Shown one piece after another: positions 36,551-49,533 of a DNA stretch of 64,000 bases. The position numbers and the translations under genes are program-made. The stretch is taken from positions 10,726,001 to 10,790,000 of the forward strand of contig NC_043000.1 in the NCBI RefSeq assembly GCF_006345805.1, read 5' to 3'. Numbering within the stretch: the stretch's first letter is position 1; every line of letters starts with the position of its first letter. The notes below the pieces were generated by a model, which saw only the letters and a program-made list of their open reading frames with translations, ran no database searches and was not told the DNA's origin. Origin of the DNA: Octopus sinensis. Lineage: Eukaryota.

Positions 36551-39500
36551 TATAAGTATACTTGTATTGATACATGTCCATTTATACATAATCAATTTAA
36601 CTTTGTGTAATGTTATGTAGAAATCATGTGTGTCTTTCAATTCATAATGTTGTTTATATATCTAACAGCATTGTTCACCCTTTTATGGAGACCTTACATG
36701 TTCCATTTGCCAAGATGTATAACAGAAGTTGAATTTCCACCTTCAGAACCCAAAAACACTTCAGCCTGAACACTTATTTGACTTTGTACAAGACGCCAAA
36801 GTCTGTTATACTTCATTATTTTACTTGAGTATCAAAATAATGATGTGGACTTTTATTTTGAACATGTTCCTGCATATTATGTGAACAGCATTTGCTTTAG
36901 GATGTTGTTCAGAGAGCAAATTTCTCCTGGTAGTCTGTGTCTGTAAAAAACACACGCACCAAGCTCTGACCAAAATCAGCACACTACCAGACACTATTTC
37001 AGCTTAGTTTAACCTCCTCAGTGATGGACACCACCTCAGTCATTTGTAGCTAGACAAAAGTTTCTCTTCCTATACAAACAATGCATTTAATACATTTGCT
37101 AAAGTATACTGAGATTTGCCAGTAAATGCTGAGGTTCAAAGTTAAAATAAATTTATACATCATATGTTCAATCCAACTGCGTGGAACCTTAGACAAGTGT
37201 CTTCTACTTGGGACAACCAAAACCTTCTGAGTGAATTTGTTAGACAGAAACTGAAAGAAGCCTGTTGTATATTATATATACATACATACATACATACATA
37301 TATATATATGTGTGTGTGTGTTATCTACTGTTAGCCACAGTACGATTTCTTGCATTGTTTTAGCCTCTGAATGATACCACCCTGTTGGATAGGTAGGTAT
37401 GCCAACATTCCTCTTGAATGGAATGCCAGTTCATCACAGGGTTACCTATTTACAGCTGAATGAACTGAAGTGTTTTACTCAAGAACATAAGACTTCACCA
37501 GCCCAAGAATCAAAACCACAATCTTGCAATCATGAGTGCAACAACTTAACCACTCAGCTATGCACCTTTGTGTGTGTGTGTGTGTGGTTACCATTGTTAT
37601 TTTACATCTAATCTACTTTTCTATGCTGGCATGGGTTGGACAGTTCAACAGGATCTGACAGGTCAGAGGACCACTCTAGTGTCTTAGTTTTCACTTGGCT
37701 TTTATGACTGGATGCTCTTCCTAACACCAACCACTTTACAAAGTTGGATGTATTTTTTTTTTATGGCATCAGCACTCTAGAGATTGTCTTGCCTTTGACA
37801 AGGCTAAAACATTTTCTCACACCATGCATTGTCTCTTTTCTGTGTTCACTACTATAGCTCCTGGCCAAGGGTGGCGAACTGGCAGAAACATTAGCACGCC
37901 AGACGAAATGCATAGCCGTATTTCGTCTGCTGTTACGTTCTGAGTTCAAATTCCACCGAGGTCTACTTTGCCTTTCATCCTTTTGGGGTTGATAAACTAA
38001 GTACCTGTTACACACTAGGGTCGATGTAATCGACTTAATCCGTTTGTCTGTCCTTGTTTGTCCCCTCTGTGTTTAGCCCCTTGTGGATAGTAAAGAAATA
38101 GGTATTTTGTCTGCCGTTATGTTCTGAGTTCAAATTCCGCCGAAGTCCACCTTGCCTTTCATCCTTTCAGGGTCGATAAATTAAGTACCAGTTGTGCAGT
38201 GGGGTCGATGTAATCGACGTAATCCCTTTGTCTGTCCTTGTTTGTCCCCTCTATGCTCAGCCCCTGTGGGCAATAAAGAAATAACTATAGCCCCTGGCCA
38301 ACCAAAGGGTTGTAAGACAGAACTGAAAGATGCTTGTCATATATATGTGTGTGTGTGTGTGTGCGTTACTGTCCCACTGCTTTGGCATCATGTGACAGTT
38401 TTAAATGAGTGTCACCATCATGCAAGCAGTTTGTCTCCAATCTTCTGTGAAAACATGTCTGGTCATGAGGGAAATATGAACTTTCTTGGAAACTAGTCAA
38501 GAAGGGTATCCACTTATAAATTATCCACTTCGATAAATTCCATCCGGCCCATGCAAGCATGGGAAAGTGGACATTAAATCAGGACAGCAACGATCATGAT
38601 GATGATGATGATGGATGGTGTTCCTGTGCTTGAAAAAACCAATTCACTGTAGAGTTGAAAGTGTAAATGCAAGCTGTAAGCAAAGTTAAAAGAGAGTTTA
38701 GTTACAAAGCCATATGTGAAAGAATGAACTTAAAAATACTGATGAAGGTGGCCAAATTCCTTTATATTTGCAAGAATTGACCAAGTATTTGTTGTTTATC
38801 CCTAATATTAAGATTAGCTGTGCTGAACCAGTTGTCTAATCAATAAAGATTTTTAAGGCTGAAAGAGAGGGAGAGGAGAGAGAGAAAAAATAATCAATAC
38901 TAACTGCCTCTCACCACCAATGTGTCCCTTAAACAGGGATCCTTAGCTGACTAATAACCATTGATAGTCTGTTTATTATGTCAGTCTGCACAACTACCAT
39001 CTCTTACTGTAATCGTGATAGTTGGCTGTCTGTCGTTGATGTTGTCTAACCCAAAAACATCCTTACTCAAGTAAAGCTATGATCAAAGGAATTTAAGCAA
39101 TAACCATTTTGTCTTCCTTTTTTTCTTTTTTAAGAATAGTTTACCATGGACTACATTATCCAATGTGTTTTCTATTTATTTATTTAGGTAGTTTTTCTTG
39201 AATAGGTAGTTTTTCTTAAATGTGGTTTGAGGGAGATTCAGCTGTTATTTCTAGTGGGTCGAGCAACCATATAGCAGCTGCTTTGTGATTATAGCAGTTG
39301 GTGACTGTGGTAATAGCAGTAGTGGTTGTGAAATGCTGGTTATGGAGTGGTGGTGGTGGTGCTGGTGGTAGCTACAGTGGTTGGCATGATATTGGTGGTG
39401 ATATATGGCAAGAATAATAATGATGTTGGTGATAATAATGTTATTAACATTAGTTCAATAGTTGTCAGCATGGAAAAGTAAATTAAAGAAATGATGATGC

Positions 39501-39976
39501 AAATAATAATAATAATAATAATAATAAAATTAATAATAATAATAACAAAAACAACAACAAAAGTCCACTACCACTGTGGGATGAGACTAACAAAGAAATG
39601 TCATAAGTAGTAGAAGACCAGTGTCCAGTTTCTAAAGAGATATGACTCATGCAATTGTTGTCCATGAGTCATCGGTCAGGCAAGCTGGACACTGCAGAAG
39701 GTCCACACTATTTGTCTTGATGCCAGGACAATGGACTGACCCCCTCCAACCATAGTGATGGTTGCTATGGTAGGTTGGTCAGTTGGTATCTTGAGAACAG
39801 GGAGAGAGAAGGTTAAAAGACAACAGCATTGTATGTTATGTGTGTGTGCGTGATGGTGTGTGTGTGTGTGATGGTGTGTGTGTGTGACGGTGTGTGTGTG
39901 TGTGTGTCTGTATGTGTGTGTGTGTATGCGTGGGGGGGGCACGTATCTTCAGCAGTTCATACATGTACACAGTATA

Positions 39977-40016
<40 letters not shown>

Positions 40017-40099
40017 CATATATATACACACACACACACACACTACTTCTATAGACATACATGTTCTTATACAAGCTCATACAGTAACAAATACACACA

Positions 40100-40135
40100 C
40101 AAATATATATATATATATATCCTTATCTAAATACA

Positions 40136-40170
<35 letters not shown>

Positions 40171-40182
40171 TTATCTAATACA

Positions 40183-40213
<31 letters not shown>

Positions 40214-40228
40214 CCTTATCTAAATACA

Positions 40229-40271
<43 letters not shown>

Positions 40272-40407
40272 TTATCTAAATACACTCATATATATATATA
40301 TATTATATATATCCTTATCTAAATACACTCATATATATATTATATATATATATATATTATATATATGCATATAAATATATATATGCATATAAATATATAC
40401 AACACTT

Positions 40408-40439
<32 letters not shown>

Positions 40440-40680
40440 GCATATAAATATATATATGCATATAAATATACAAACACTTATACATACATATATATATATA
40501 TATTATATATATGCATATAAATATATACAAACACTTATACATACATAATATATATATATATATATATATATGCATATAATATATACAAACACTTATACAT
40601 ACATATATATATATTATATATATATATATATGCATATAAATATATACAAACACTTATACATACACATATATATATGCATA
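40100..40680. repeat. Two adjacent AT-rich minisatellites with variable (AT)n spacers
   Basis: ccttatctaaatacactc x5 (40121-40330), then aaacacttatacatac x5 (40400-40665). Confidence 0.85.
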
Positions 40681-40870
40681 TACAATGAGAGAGAGATGCA
40701 GACAAGCAAACAGAGATAGCATATAAGTATTTGTTCTCTAGGGGGTCAATATTTACTTAAGAGTTGCAAATTTATCTTAGATGCAGTTGTTTAGGGTCCA
40801 GTTGTGGTTGGGATATTTAGAGGGAACTATTCAGGAGGAAGAGAATCTATGCTTGATTTCTTCCATAATA

Positions 40871-40929
<59 letters not shown>

Positions 40930-42229
40930 CATATATATACACACAATCTCCAGTCTCTGCATGTAGACTACTATATAAAGAGACCTTGTGATTTTTCTGT
41001 AATTTAAATCCAAAATTATGATATCTAGAATGTTCTGTTAAAATCTTCACTGAGAGTGAAGAGGTTGCGTCTTAAGACACAATGCTGGAGAATATTCTAA
41101 TTAAACCATCATGGTGAAGGAATGTTCCATCGTGTACCCCCACCCACTTTTGATAATTTAAAAGATTACACCTGAAATTACAATTCTGACTGATATGATC
41201 TAACAAGGGAGCTTCTATGTGGTCACTTAATCTGCTGGAAATAACAGCCAAATGTCCATCACATCAATCACATCACATCTCTTAACATCTTTAAAAAAGG
41301 AAGAAAGCATTAGATAATATAGTCTTTGATGCACTGTGTACATAAAAGATGAGATGGTCACAGATGGAACGTCTTTATTCATAGGTCTGCTGTGTCAGGA
41401 ATGATCTCGTGCTAAACAATTAGGTATACTATTTTATGGCTGTGTGGATAAGAAGCTTGCTTCCTAACTAATTTGGTTTTGGGTTCACTCCCACTGGGCA
41501 GCACCTTGGACGAGTGTCTTCTACTATAGCCTTAGGTTGTCCAAAGTCTTGTGAGTGAATTTGGTAGATGGAAATTCTATTGTTTGTATATGTGTATGTA
41601 AAAGTGCTAATACCTTCTTTGATATGTATATGTGTGTGTATACATATATATATGTGTGTGTAATGAAAGAGAGTGTATCTAATAAACAGAATGGTTAGTG
41701 TTTGTATAGCCCCACATCTTCCCTAATATGCCATATATATATATAAAAGCACAATTTGAGCATGGCTTATGCCAGTGCTGCCTGTGGCATGTAAAAGCAC
41801 CCACTACATTCTCAGAGTGGTTGGTGTTAGGAAGGGCATTCAGCTGTAGAAACCTTGGCAGATCAGATTGGAGCCTGATGCAGCCTCCTGGCTTGCCACT
41901 TCTCAGTCAAACTGTCCAATCCATGCCAGCATGGAAAGTGGGTGTTAAACAATGATGATTATGATATATGTATATATATACCTGTGTCGGTGGCACATAA
42001 AATCACCCACTACACTCTCGGAGTGGTTGGCGTTAGGAAGGGCATCCAGCTGTAGAAACACTGCCAGATCTGACTGGCCTGGTGCAGCCTTCGGGCTCCC
42101 CAGACCCCAGTTGAACCGGACGTTAAATGATGATGATGATGATATATATATATATATGTATATCTCGTTTGGCTTAACAGCCCTCCTTGTTTGTGTTACT
42201 GTTATTCTCCGTCGTCCTGTTTATATTTT

Positions 42230-42587
42230 GTACTGTCGTTACTGTCCTGTTTTTGTTACCATTTTTACCCCTCCGCAAAAAAAATCTCAAATTTTATTTA
42301 ATTTGATTTCTGCGGGAAGGAAAATTTCATTGAAGTCATGTATCGCCTGACCTTCGAAACATGGAGTAGATGAAATTAAGGCAACTGAAGAAGGGGAATT
42401 TTCCTTGTTTGTATGTCCTGTACTCTATTTTTTCGTTGTTTAAAAGAATGTCCATTTCCTCAGTTTTGTGTTTATGTTTTCGTTTCTCATTGTGTTCGAT
42501 GTTTCTTTTTGGTGTCCTGTACCCATATATGCATGTATATATACATGTAGAGGTAGGTACGTACATATATGTATGTATATATGCATA

Positions 42588-42623
<36 letters not shown>

Positions 42624-42668
42624 GCATATATATATACATACGTATATGTACATACTTACATCTATACG

Positions 42669-42700
<32 letters not shown>

Positions 42701-42975
42701 TATGTGGGCACAGTATGTCATGAAACATGTACAACAAAAAAGTACGAAGCACGAGTACATGGGACATGAACTATTCTTTCGAAGAACGTAAGACACAAAT
42801 GGAAAACAAAACCAACATAAAGAACGACTCTTCATCAGTTGTTGGCTGTTTTTATAGTCTTGTATTTCGAGCATTTAACAACAATATACACTTTCGATAA
42901 AACAATTGCTCCCACAAAGCAAATTAAATAAAATTTGGGATTTTGCGGAGGGTCAAAATAGGTCACACAAACAGG
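42230..42975. mobile_element. Inverted pair of related Penelope-like terminal fragments around (TA)n
   Basis: actgtcctgttt...ccctccgcaaaa...caaattttatttaatttg...ggga at about 42240-42320(+) and again at about 42905-42975(-). Both carry hammerhead-like motifs. Confidence 0.45.
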
Positions 42976-42999
42976 ACAGTGAAAACAAACATGAAGGGC

Positions 43000-43358
43000 T
43001 GCTAAGCCTAAACGAGGTTGCGGTGGTGAAGGACATGTATAGGCATGAAAGAAATGAAACTAGTATGTTTTGCTGGATGTGCAATGTCAGTGTGCATGTT
43101 CGACAGAGTGTAAACATCTTGAGAGAAAGGTTGGGCATAAAAGGCATCAGATGTGGCATGCAAGAGAGATGACTGCACTTCTATGGTCATGTGATGCATA
43201 TGGACGAGGGCAGCTATGTAAAGAAGTGCCAATCTCTAACTGTGGAGGAAACCTGTGGAGATAGACCCAGAAAGATATGGGGCAAGGCGGTAAAGCATGA
43301 TCTTCAAACTTTGGGCCTCACAGAGGCAATGACTAGTGACTGAGATCTTTGGCGATAC
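43000..43358 (+). pseudogene. RTE-clade LINE ORF C-terminal fragment
   Basis: ERNETSMFCWMCNVSVHVRQSVNILRERLGIKGIRCGMQER*LHFYGHVMHMDE...RPRKIW...VKHDLQTLGLTEAMTSD*DLWRY, with in-frame stops. Confidence 0.85.
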
Positions 43359-45159
43359 GTTGACTGAACGCTTTGAGGCGATGCCCCTGCTTAATCACAG
43401 TCCAATGATTGAAACAAGCTAAAAAAAAAAAAAAAAAAGGAAAATGAGAAACTGTGGAATGTGTCAAGTAACATTAAACTCGAAATTATTGTATAGCAAA
43501 GCTAGAGATATTTCTATATATTCTTGCCTAGAACTAACTATGTAGTATTGGTTGTAAATAGTAAGTAGGTCAAAGGTTAACTATCTGATATGGAAATTTG
43601 ACATGTTCTGCAAGAACTGGTTTTAAGAGGAAAGCAAAATTAGACATATCAAATGAGCTACTAAATACTAATGTTCCGAGCAGAGAACTGGCATAACATA
43701 ATTGATAATGATTTTGTTGCTGGTGATACCTCTAACAAAATATATTCTCTTCCATCTCTTCTATATTCCACCCACTTAACAACGTATATATTTGAGATAA
43801 ATTGCTGCTAATTTAGTAAGGATTGCTTTAAAGTAAAACCATAACAAATCTACCCTCCCAGCATGGTTTATGATGTTTTGTTATTGTTGGTTTATATTTT
43901 GCTGTTGTTTATTTTATATTTTAGTATTGTGTAGGTTTCCTTCAAAAGTTTATTGCTTGTTGTTTTAACTTCCCTTGTGTGTGTGAATCTAGTTAAATGT
44001 AAAATGTTAGCTTCAGCTAATACCCTGTTACTGATTCTACACACATGTCTTGTCAGTAACAAAATCCAAGTGTTGGATATTAATACATCCTACATATAAA
44101 AACTTGGCCCCACAAAGGTAACTGAGCTACAGTCATCAGCCTACAACCATTATTAAAAGCTATGCATGTTCCCCAAAAATTTTCCTTGCTTTGTTCATAT
44201 GCAATGATATAGAGAAACGATGTCACAGATCAAAAGTTATCTGATTTTCTTGTATATGCAGCTGAGGCAGTATTTAATTAAAATAGCCAAATCCACTAAG
44301 GGATATTATCTCAGGACAAATGCTGCAGTAACCGGCCTATAAATAGTGTGTATACATTAAATATGATACATAGATGACTATTTTACCTGATTATATTTTC
44401 GCAAATACTGGTTGAAATAACAGATCTACAACACTTAATGTTTAGAGAAGAGAAGGTTATGTACTTATTTATAGATAGATCATTTGGATGGAGGGGATTA
44501 AATTTGTTCCCTGCATGCTCCCTATCTCCACTAATATCAGACTGGGTTTAAGCGATGTAATTAAGACCACATCACAGCAAATTTACACAACAGCCCTTTT
44601 TTTGTTATCACAGGCAAATAAGGGACACCCAAAGAGCAAGAGAAATAGTTTGTATTAATAAACAAACAGGAATCACTTCCCCTATGCTTATATCTAAAGA
44701 TAGGAAAATAAAGAATAGTTATAGAGATATTGTTGGGTACAGAATATAACTACCACCAGGCTGAGATAGATGAGGAAGCTACTTAAGATGATATCACTTT
44801 ACAATACTAGTTGAGTAATAGCAAACAGCAGGAGAGGGTGGCCAAATCAGCTGCTGCAGTAGGGAACACATTGAGGTATAATACTACACCTATTCTTTAA
44901 GCCCATTTCTGCTAAAGGAATCATCACACACCATTGCACCCGGCTCCTATGTTATGTCAATAATCATTTACCTATTTATATATAGCTAACTACACCGATA
45001 GTTACATCTGGGTGAGTGGTGAGCCTAGTTTATCTTTACAGGTTGAATGCATATTATATTAGCTTGAATGTGTGTGTGTGTGTGTGCATCTGTGTGTGTA
45101 TGTGCATGCATGCATGTGTGCATCTGTGTGTGTTCAAGCTGAAAAACTTTACTAATTAT

Positions 45160-45348
45160 TACTCTGAGATTCCCTTAACCAGTCATTAGACAAATGATCT
45201 GTCACGTGAAACTCAGAGTAACAGGGTGGAGTCTTTCAACTTAAAATATGTTTTACCTCTTGGCATTAAAGCATTGTTTTTTTCCATCCTGCTTTGCACT
45301 GACATGCTTACATCTCTTTCTCCCATTCTATCTCTTTCTCTCTCTCTC

Positions 45349-45389
<41 letters not shown>

Positions 45390-45560
45390 TTTATTTAAAA
45401 GTAGCAGAAATATAACAAAAGCTGTTACTCAGAGTTTCACGTTCCCCTTCGTTGGACAGTTTTGTTATATATTTCTGCTGCTTTTAAATAAAGCATATTA
45501 CTCTACCTCTGGTATTTGAGTACTCTTTTTTCCACCTTGTTTCACATTTATGTGCTTATT
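45160..45560. mobile_element. Penelope-like/retrozyme-like fragment with long hairpin and decayed hammerhead cores
   Basis: About 33-bp inverted arms at 45389-45425 and 45457-45493 enclose GAAAC-tctga-GTA on the minus strand. The flank ttactctacctctggtatttgagtactc recurs at about 57262-57325. Confidence 0.5.
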
Positions 45561-45563
45561 CCA

Positions 45564-45626
<63 letters not shown>

Positions 45627-45772
45627 ATATATATAAAGTCTTTTACATTTTGAGCCTACACTCTGCCACAGAAAGAAACAAGGAGAGAAAAAAAAATGTG
45701 TGTAGTAGCTACCGATTATGCATCATCATTATCATCATGTAACTTCCATGATCCACACTAACACACACACTG

Positions 45773-45803
<31 letters not shown>

Positions 45804-46240
45804 CACACACACATATGCACACATTTACGACAGGCTTTTTCAGTTTCCATCTGGAAAATCTCCTCACAAGCCTTTATAAACCTCATGTTATAAAAGACAC
45901 TTGCTCAAGTTGTCATGTAGTGGGACTGAACCCAAAACTATGCGACTGGATAGTGCACTTCTTAATCAGAAAGCCATGCCTGTCCTTATTTACAGGGTTG
46001 GCCAAAAGTCACCTGACAGTAAATCAAAATCATTTAATTCCAAGATTGAAACAAAAACTTATTGGCGCTGGTGTAGTATGTGATCTACATTCCACTGTGA
46101 TCTACAGCAACTTAAAATCTAGACTTGCTTGTGATCTTCATTCAAAATTTTGTTATAAATTTCCAATTATAATTAGAAATGGATCAATAGCTCCATGTTT
46201 ATCAAGGAGTTCATAGCATTGGAGAAATTCTATTGCAGCT

Positions 46241-46473
46241 AAGGTGGTGAGCCGGCAGAAACGTTAGCATGCCGGGCGAAATACTTAGTGATATTTCGTC
46301 TGTTTTTACGTTCTGAGTTCAAATTCTGCCGAGGTCGACTTTGCCTTTCATCCTTTCGGGGTCGATTAAATAAGTACCAGTTATGTGCTGGGGTCAATGT
46401 AATCGACTTAATCCATTTGTCTGTCCTTGTTTGTCCTCTCTATGTTTAGCCCCTTGTGGGTAATAAAGAAATA
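46241..46473 (+). mobile_element. SINE family N with perfect 18-bp TSD
   Basis: agaaattctattgcagct at 46223-46240 and 46474-46491. Confidence 0.9.
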
Positions 46474-46938
46474 AGAAATTCTATTGCAGCTTCTTCATCT
46501 CGAATAACCTGCGTGTAAAATTCTTTTGCTCTCATCACAACTTCTTTCAATAGGCTTAAGACTAAGTGTTTAAATCATAATTTTTTTTTTTTTTTTTTGG
46601 TTTATTGGTTTATATACCAAACCAACCAGAAGTCGAGTAAATAGACGAATTTTAAATGTAGATCAAAAAGTTGGTGTAGATCACAAACTATACCATTTGA
46701 ACTAATGCAGATCATAAGCTATACCAGAAACATGTATGTAGATCACATACTACACTGGTGCAAAATTATCTTATGTGAGACTTTGCTAATAATTAGACAA
46801 ATGATGAAAATAAATGGTGATTTTAACTCACATCATTCAATTATTAAACATTCATAATTGGAATGAATAATAAAAAAATTGAATATTTAGTATTTATGGA
46901 ATTTTGATTTACTGTCCAGTGTTATGTGTGTGTGTGTT

Positions 46939-46984
<46 letters not shown>

Positions 46985-46989
46985 TACAA

Positions 46990-47027
<38 letters not shown>

Positions 47028-47139
47028 CATCATCATCATCATCGTTTAGCGTCCGCTTTCCATGCTAGCATGGGTTGGACGGTTCAACTGGGGTCTGGGA
47101 AGCCAGAAGGCTGCACCAGGCCCAGTTTGATCTGGCAAT

Positions 47140-47172
<33 letters not shown>

Positions 47173-47281
47173 AACACATGTATGTATGCACACACATATG
47201 TACATATATCAGACTCTACACACTTCTTACACTAGATTGTGCTGTGTCCCTTTGCTTTTATACTACAAAATGCAGGGTGAG

Positions 47282-47313
<32 letters not shown>

Positions 47314-47589
47314 GAGAGAGAGAGATGCACTCTTTCTCTCTCTTTGTTTATATATCTGTTTCTCTACTTTATCCTTGGTACTTTCATACCATCACCACTA
47401 CCACCACACCCATCTTCTTTTCTCTTTCCCCTCTTGTTTTTGCCTGCACCCCACCCCGCCCCGCCCTACCCGCCCCACTCCGACTGTCTGTCTGTCATCT
47501 TCAGTGAAATGACAAACTCTTGCCAACAACATCCATCTTATTAAGTCATCACTAAGTGGGATGAAATAACACTGCTGTTGTTGTTTCAT

Positions 47590-48502
47590 CCCACCTCTCC
47601 TCTCACACCATCATTACTACCCCACCCCTACCACCACCACCAGTGCCACAACCACCACCACCAGTGCCACCACCACCACCACCACCACCAGTGCCACAAC
47701 CACCACCACCACCACCAGTGCCACCACAACCACCACCACCACCAGTGCCACCACCACCACCACCACCAGTTCCACCACAACCACCACCTCCACCACCAGT
47801 GCCACCACCACCACCACCAACACCGCCAACACCACTACCATCACCACTGTTAATACCAGTGCCAACCTCATCACCACTGAACAGAGGGAGCTGCTTGCAT
47901 AGTTGCTATACCTGGTAGAAATAGCAGCCAAATCTCCTTCAAATCAAATCTGACCCCTTGGATAATTTAGTTTGAGGCATCCCTTAAAAATGTGATGGTC
48001 CCGGCTGGCTGGAATGCTTTTCATTATATATATTTAATCAATCAAAATTGACCTGGAGTCAAACAACAACATATATTGTTCCCATCACTATTGCAACATC
48101 AATATCACACTTATTTCTATACCATTGCCACATATGGCCACCACCTCTAATACAGCATTCCATCATGACCACCACATCTACAATGCTACTAACATAATTT
48201 AGCCATCATGACTATATTGCTAATTCTACACAATTACAATCACCACTACAGCACCATCATTGCCACTACATGCCCTTCACTGCAACCGCCACCACCACCA
48301 CCACCACTTCCACCACCACCACCACCACCACCACCACCACCACCACCACCACCATTACCATTGCTTCACTCTACCACCATCAAATACAATTATCACCACC
48401 GTCACATCAGCCGCTATCACCTTCACTGGATTACTTGTCACTAGCACCACTATGCTGTCATTTACCATCACCACTATCACTACCACCACCACTACCACTA
48501 CC

Positions 48503-48534
<32 letters not shown>

Positions 48535-48545
48535 ACCATCACCAA
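47590..48545. repeat. (CCA)n-based low-complexity arrays plus (CTA)n/(CTG)n
   Basis: Source of the poly-Pro, poly-His, poly-Thr and poly-Val ORFs. No splice or start context supports coding. Confidence 0.85.
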
Positions 48546-48689
48546 GCTGCAATGACCAGACCGTTATTACGTAACTGTCATTAGCATCATCAACGCATCA
48601 AAACCCTCATCATCATCCTTCTTCTAGCTATTTGGGTGTTCCTCTGTTCTACTTCCATTTCCCTCAATCTACTGCCACTGTCTACTTTA

Positions 48690-48728
<39 letters not shown>

Positions 48729-48732
48729 TACA

Positions 48733-48783
<51 letters not shown>

Positions 48784-48818
48784 TATATATTATATATATA
48801 TATATACACACACACATA

Positions 48819-48851
<33 letters not shown>

Positions 48852-48912
48852 CAGGGTGTTCAGGCTAAATTTGATAGTTTACATAAAAGGAGAAGAACAT
48901 ACAATATATCCC

Positions 48913-48943
<31 letters not shown>

Positions 48944-49329
48944 TGTATGTATGTATGTATATATATATACAAGCAAAACGCCCCCATCCCGTCCAATGGA
49001 TGGTGCTGAATCATATCTGCTGAATAAAAAGCAATCAGTGTTTTCTTTTCATTAAAAAATAATTAAGCATGCCTTTATTTCAATAAAATTTTTGGTTTTG
49101 TTAAACGAAGTTAAGGCAAAAAAAAAAAAAACTTCTTGAGAAACCAAATAGTCTTTCCTTCTTTCATGCCAAGTTTAAAGAAAATATCTCTTTTGCATCT
49201 TACTTTTTTGGTCTCTTAAATATACTGCATTTTGTGGCATTATTTCAAGCCAGCTGGCTTTTTTTGCACAAGCTGCACGTGCATTTTTCTCGCATACGCA
49301 TTGTATCAATTGCAACAGCTAGTGTACTT

Positions 49330-49529
49330 GTGCGTACAAATGCATGTTCCCACGGCTTTATTGATTGCATTCTCACCTGGAATCGATTTTTGTAATTTTT
49401 TCAAGATTTATACACGCCCTGATATCATCGGTATCTACATATCAAATTTGAGTGCAATCAGATGGAGGATGCCTGAGATCCTAGAAGACACACACACACA
49501 CACAGACAGAACGGATTTTATATAATAGA
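49330..49529 (-). mobile_element. Helitron-like 5' fragment (third family)
   Basis: The minus strand starts A|TCTATTATATAAAATCCG..tctgtctgtgtgtg, the same style as the H1 and H2 5' ends. The 3' end is not resolved. Confidence 0.45.
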
Positions 49530-49533
49530 TAAA

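Noticed and set aside
36688-36790. DLTCSICQDV*...NPKTLQPEHLF, reminiscent of a RING/TRIM N-terminus
   Set aside because: In-frame stop, the third Cys and later ligands are missing, and there is no supporting exon structure; probably chance.
40100-40680. Constant repeats with variable spacers resembling a CRISPR array
   Set aside because: The spacers are only (AT)n of varying length, the context is eukaryotic, and there are no cas genes.
44388-44434. Possible minus-strand small exon (pyrimidine tract...ag / cag|gtaaaa)
   Set aside because: No recognisable peptide and no partner exons; such signals are common by chance in AT-rich DNA.
47578-48584. Poly-Pro/His/Thr/Val ORFs as extensin- or mucin-like genes
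   Set aside because: These are translations of (CCA)n microsatellites, open in several frames, with no splice or codon evidence.
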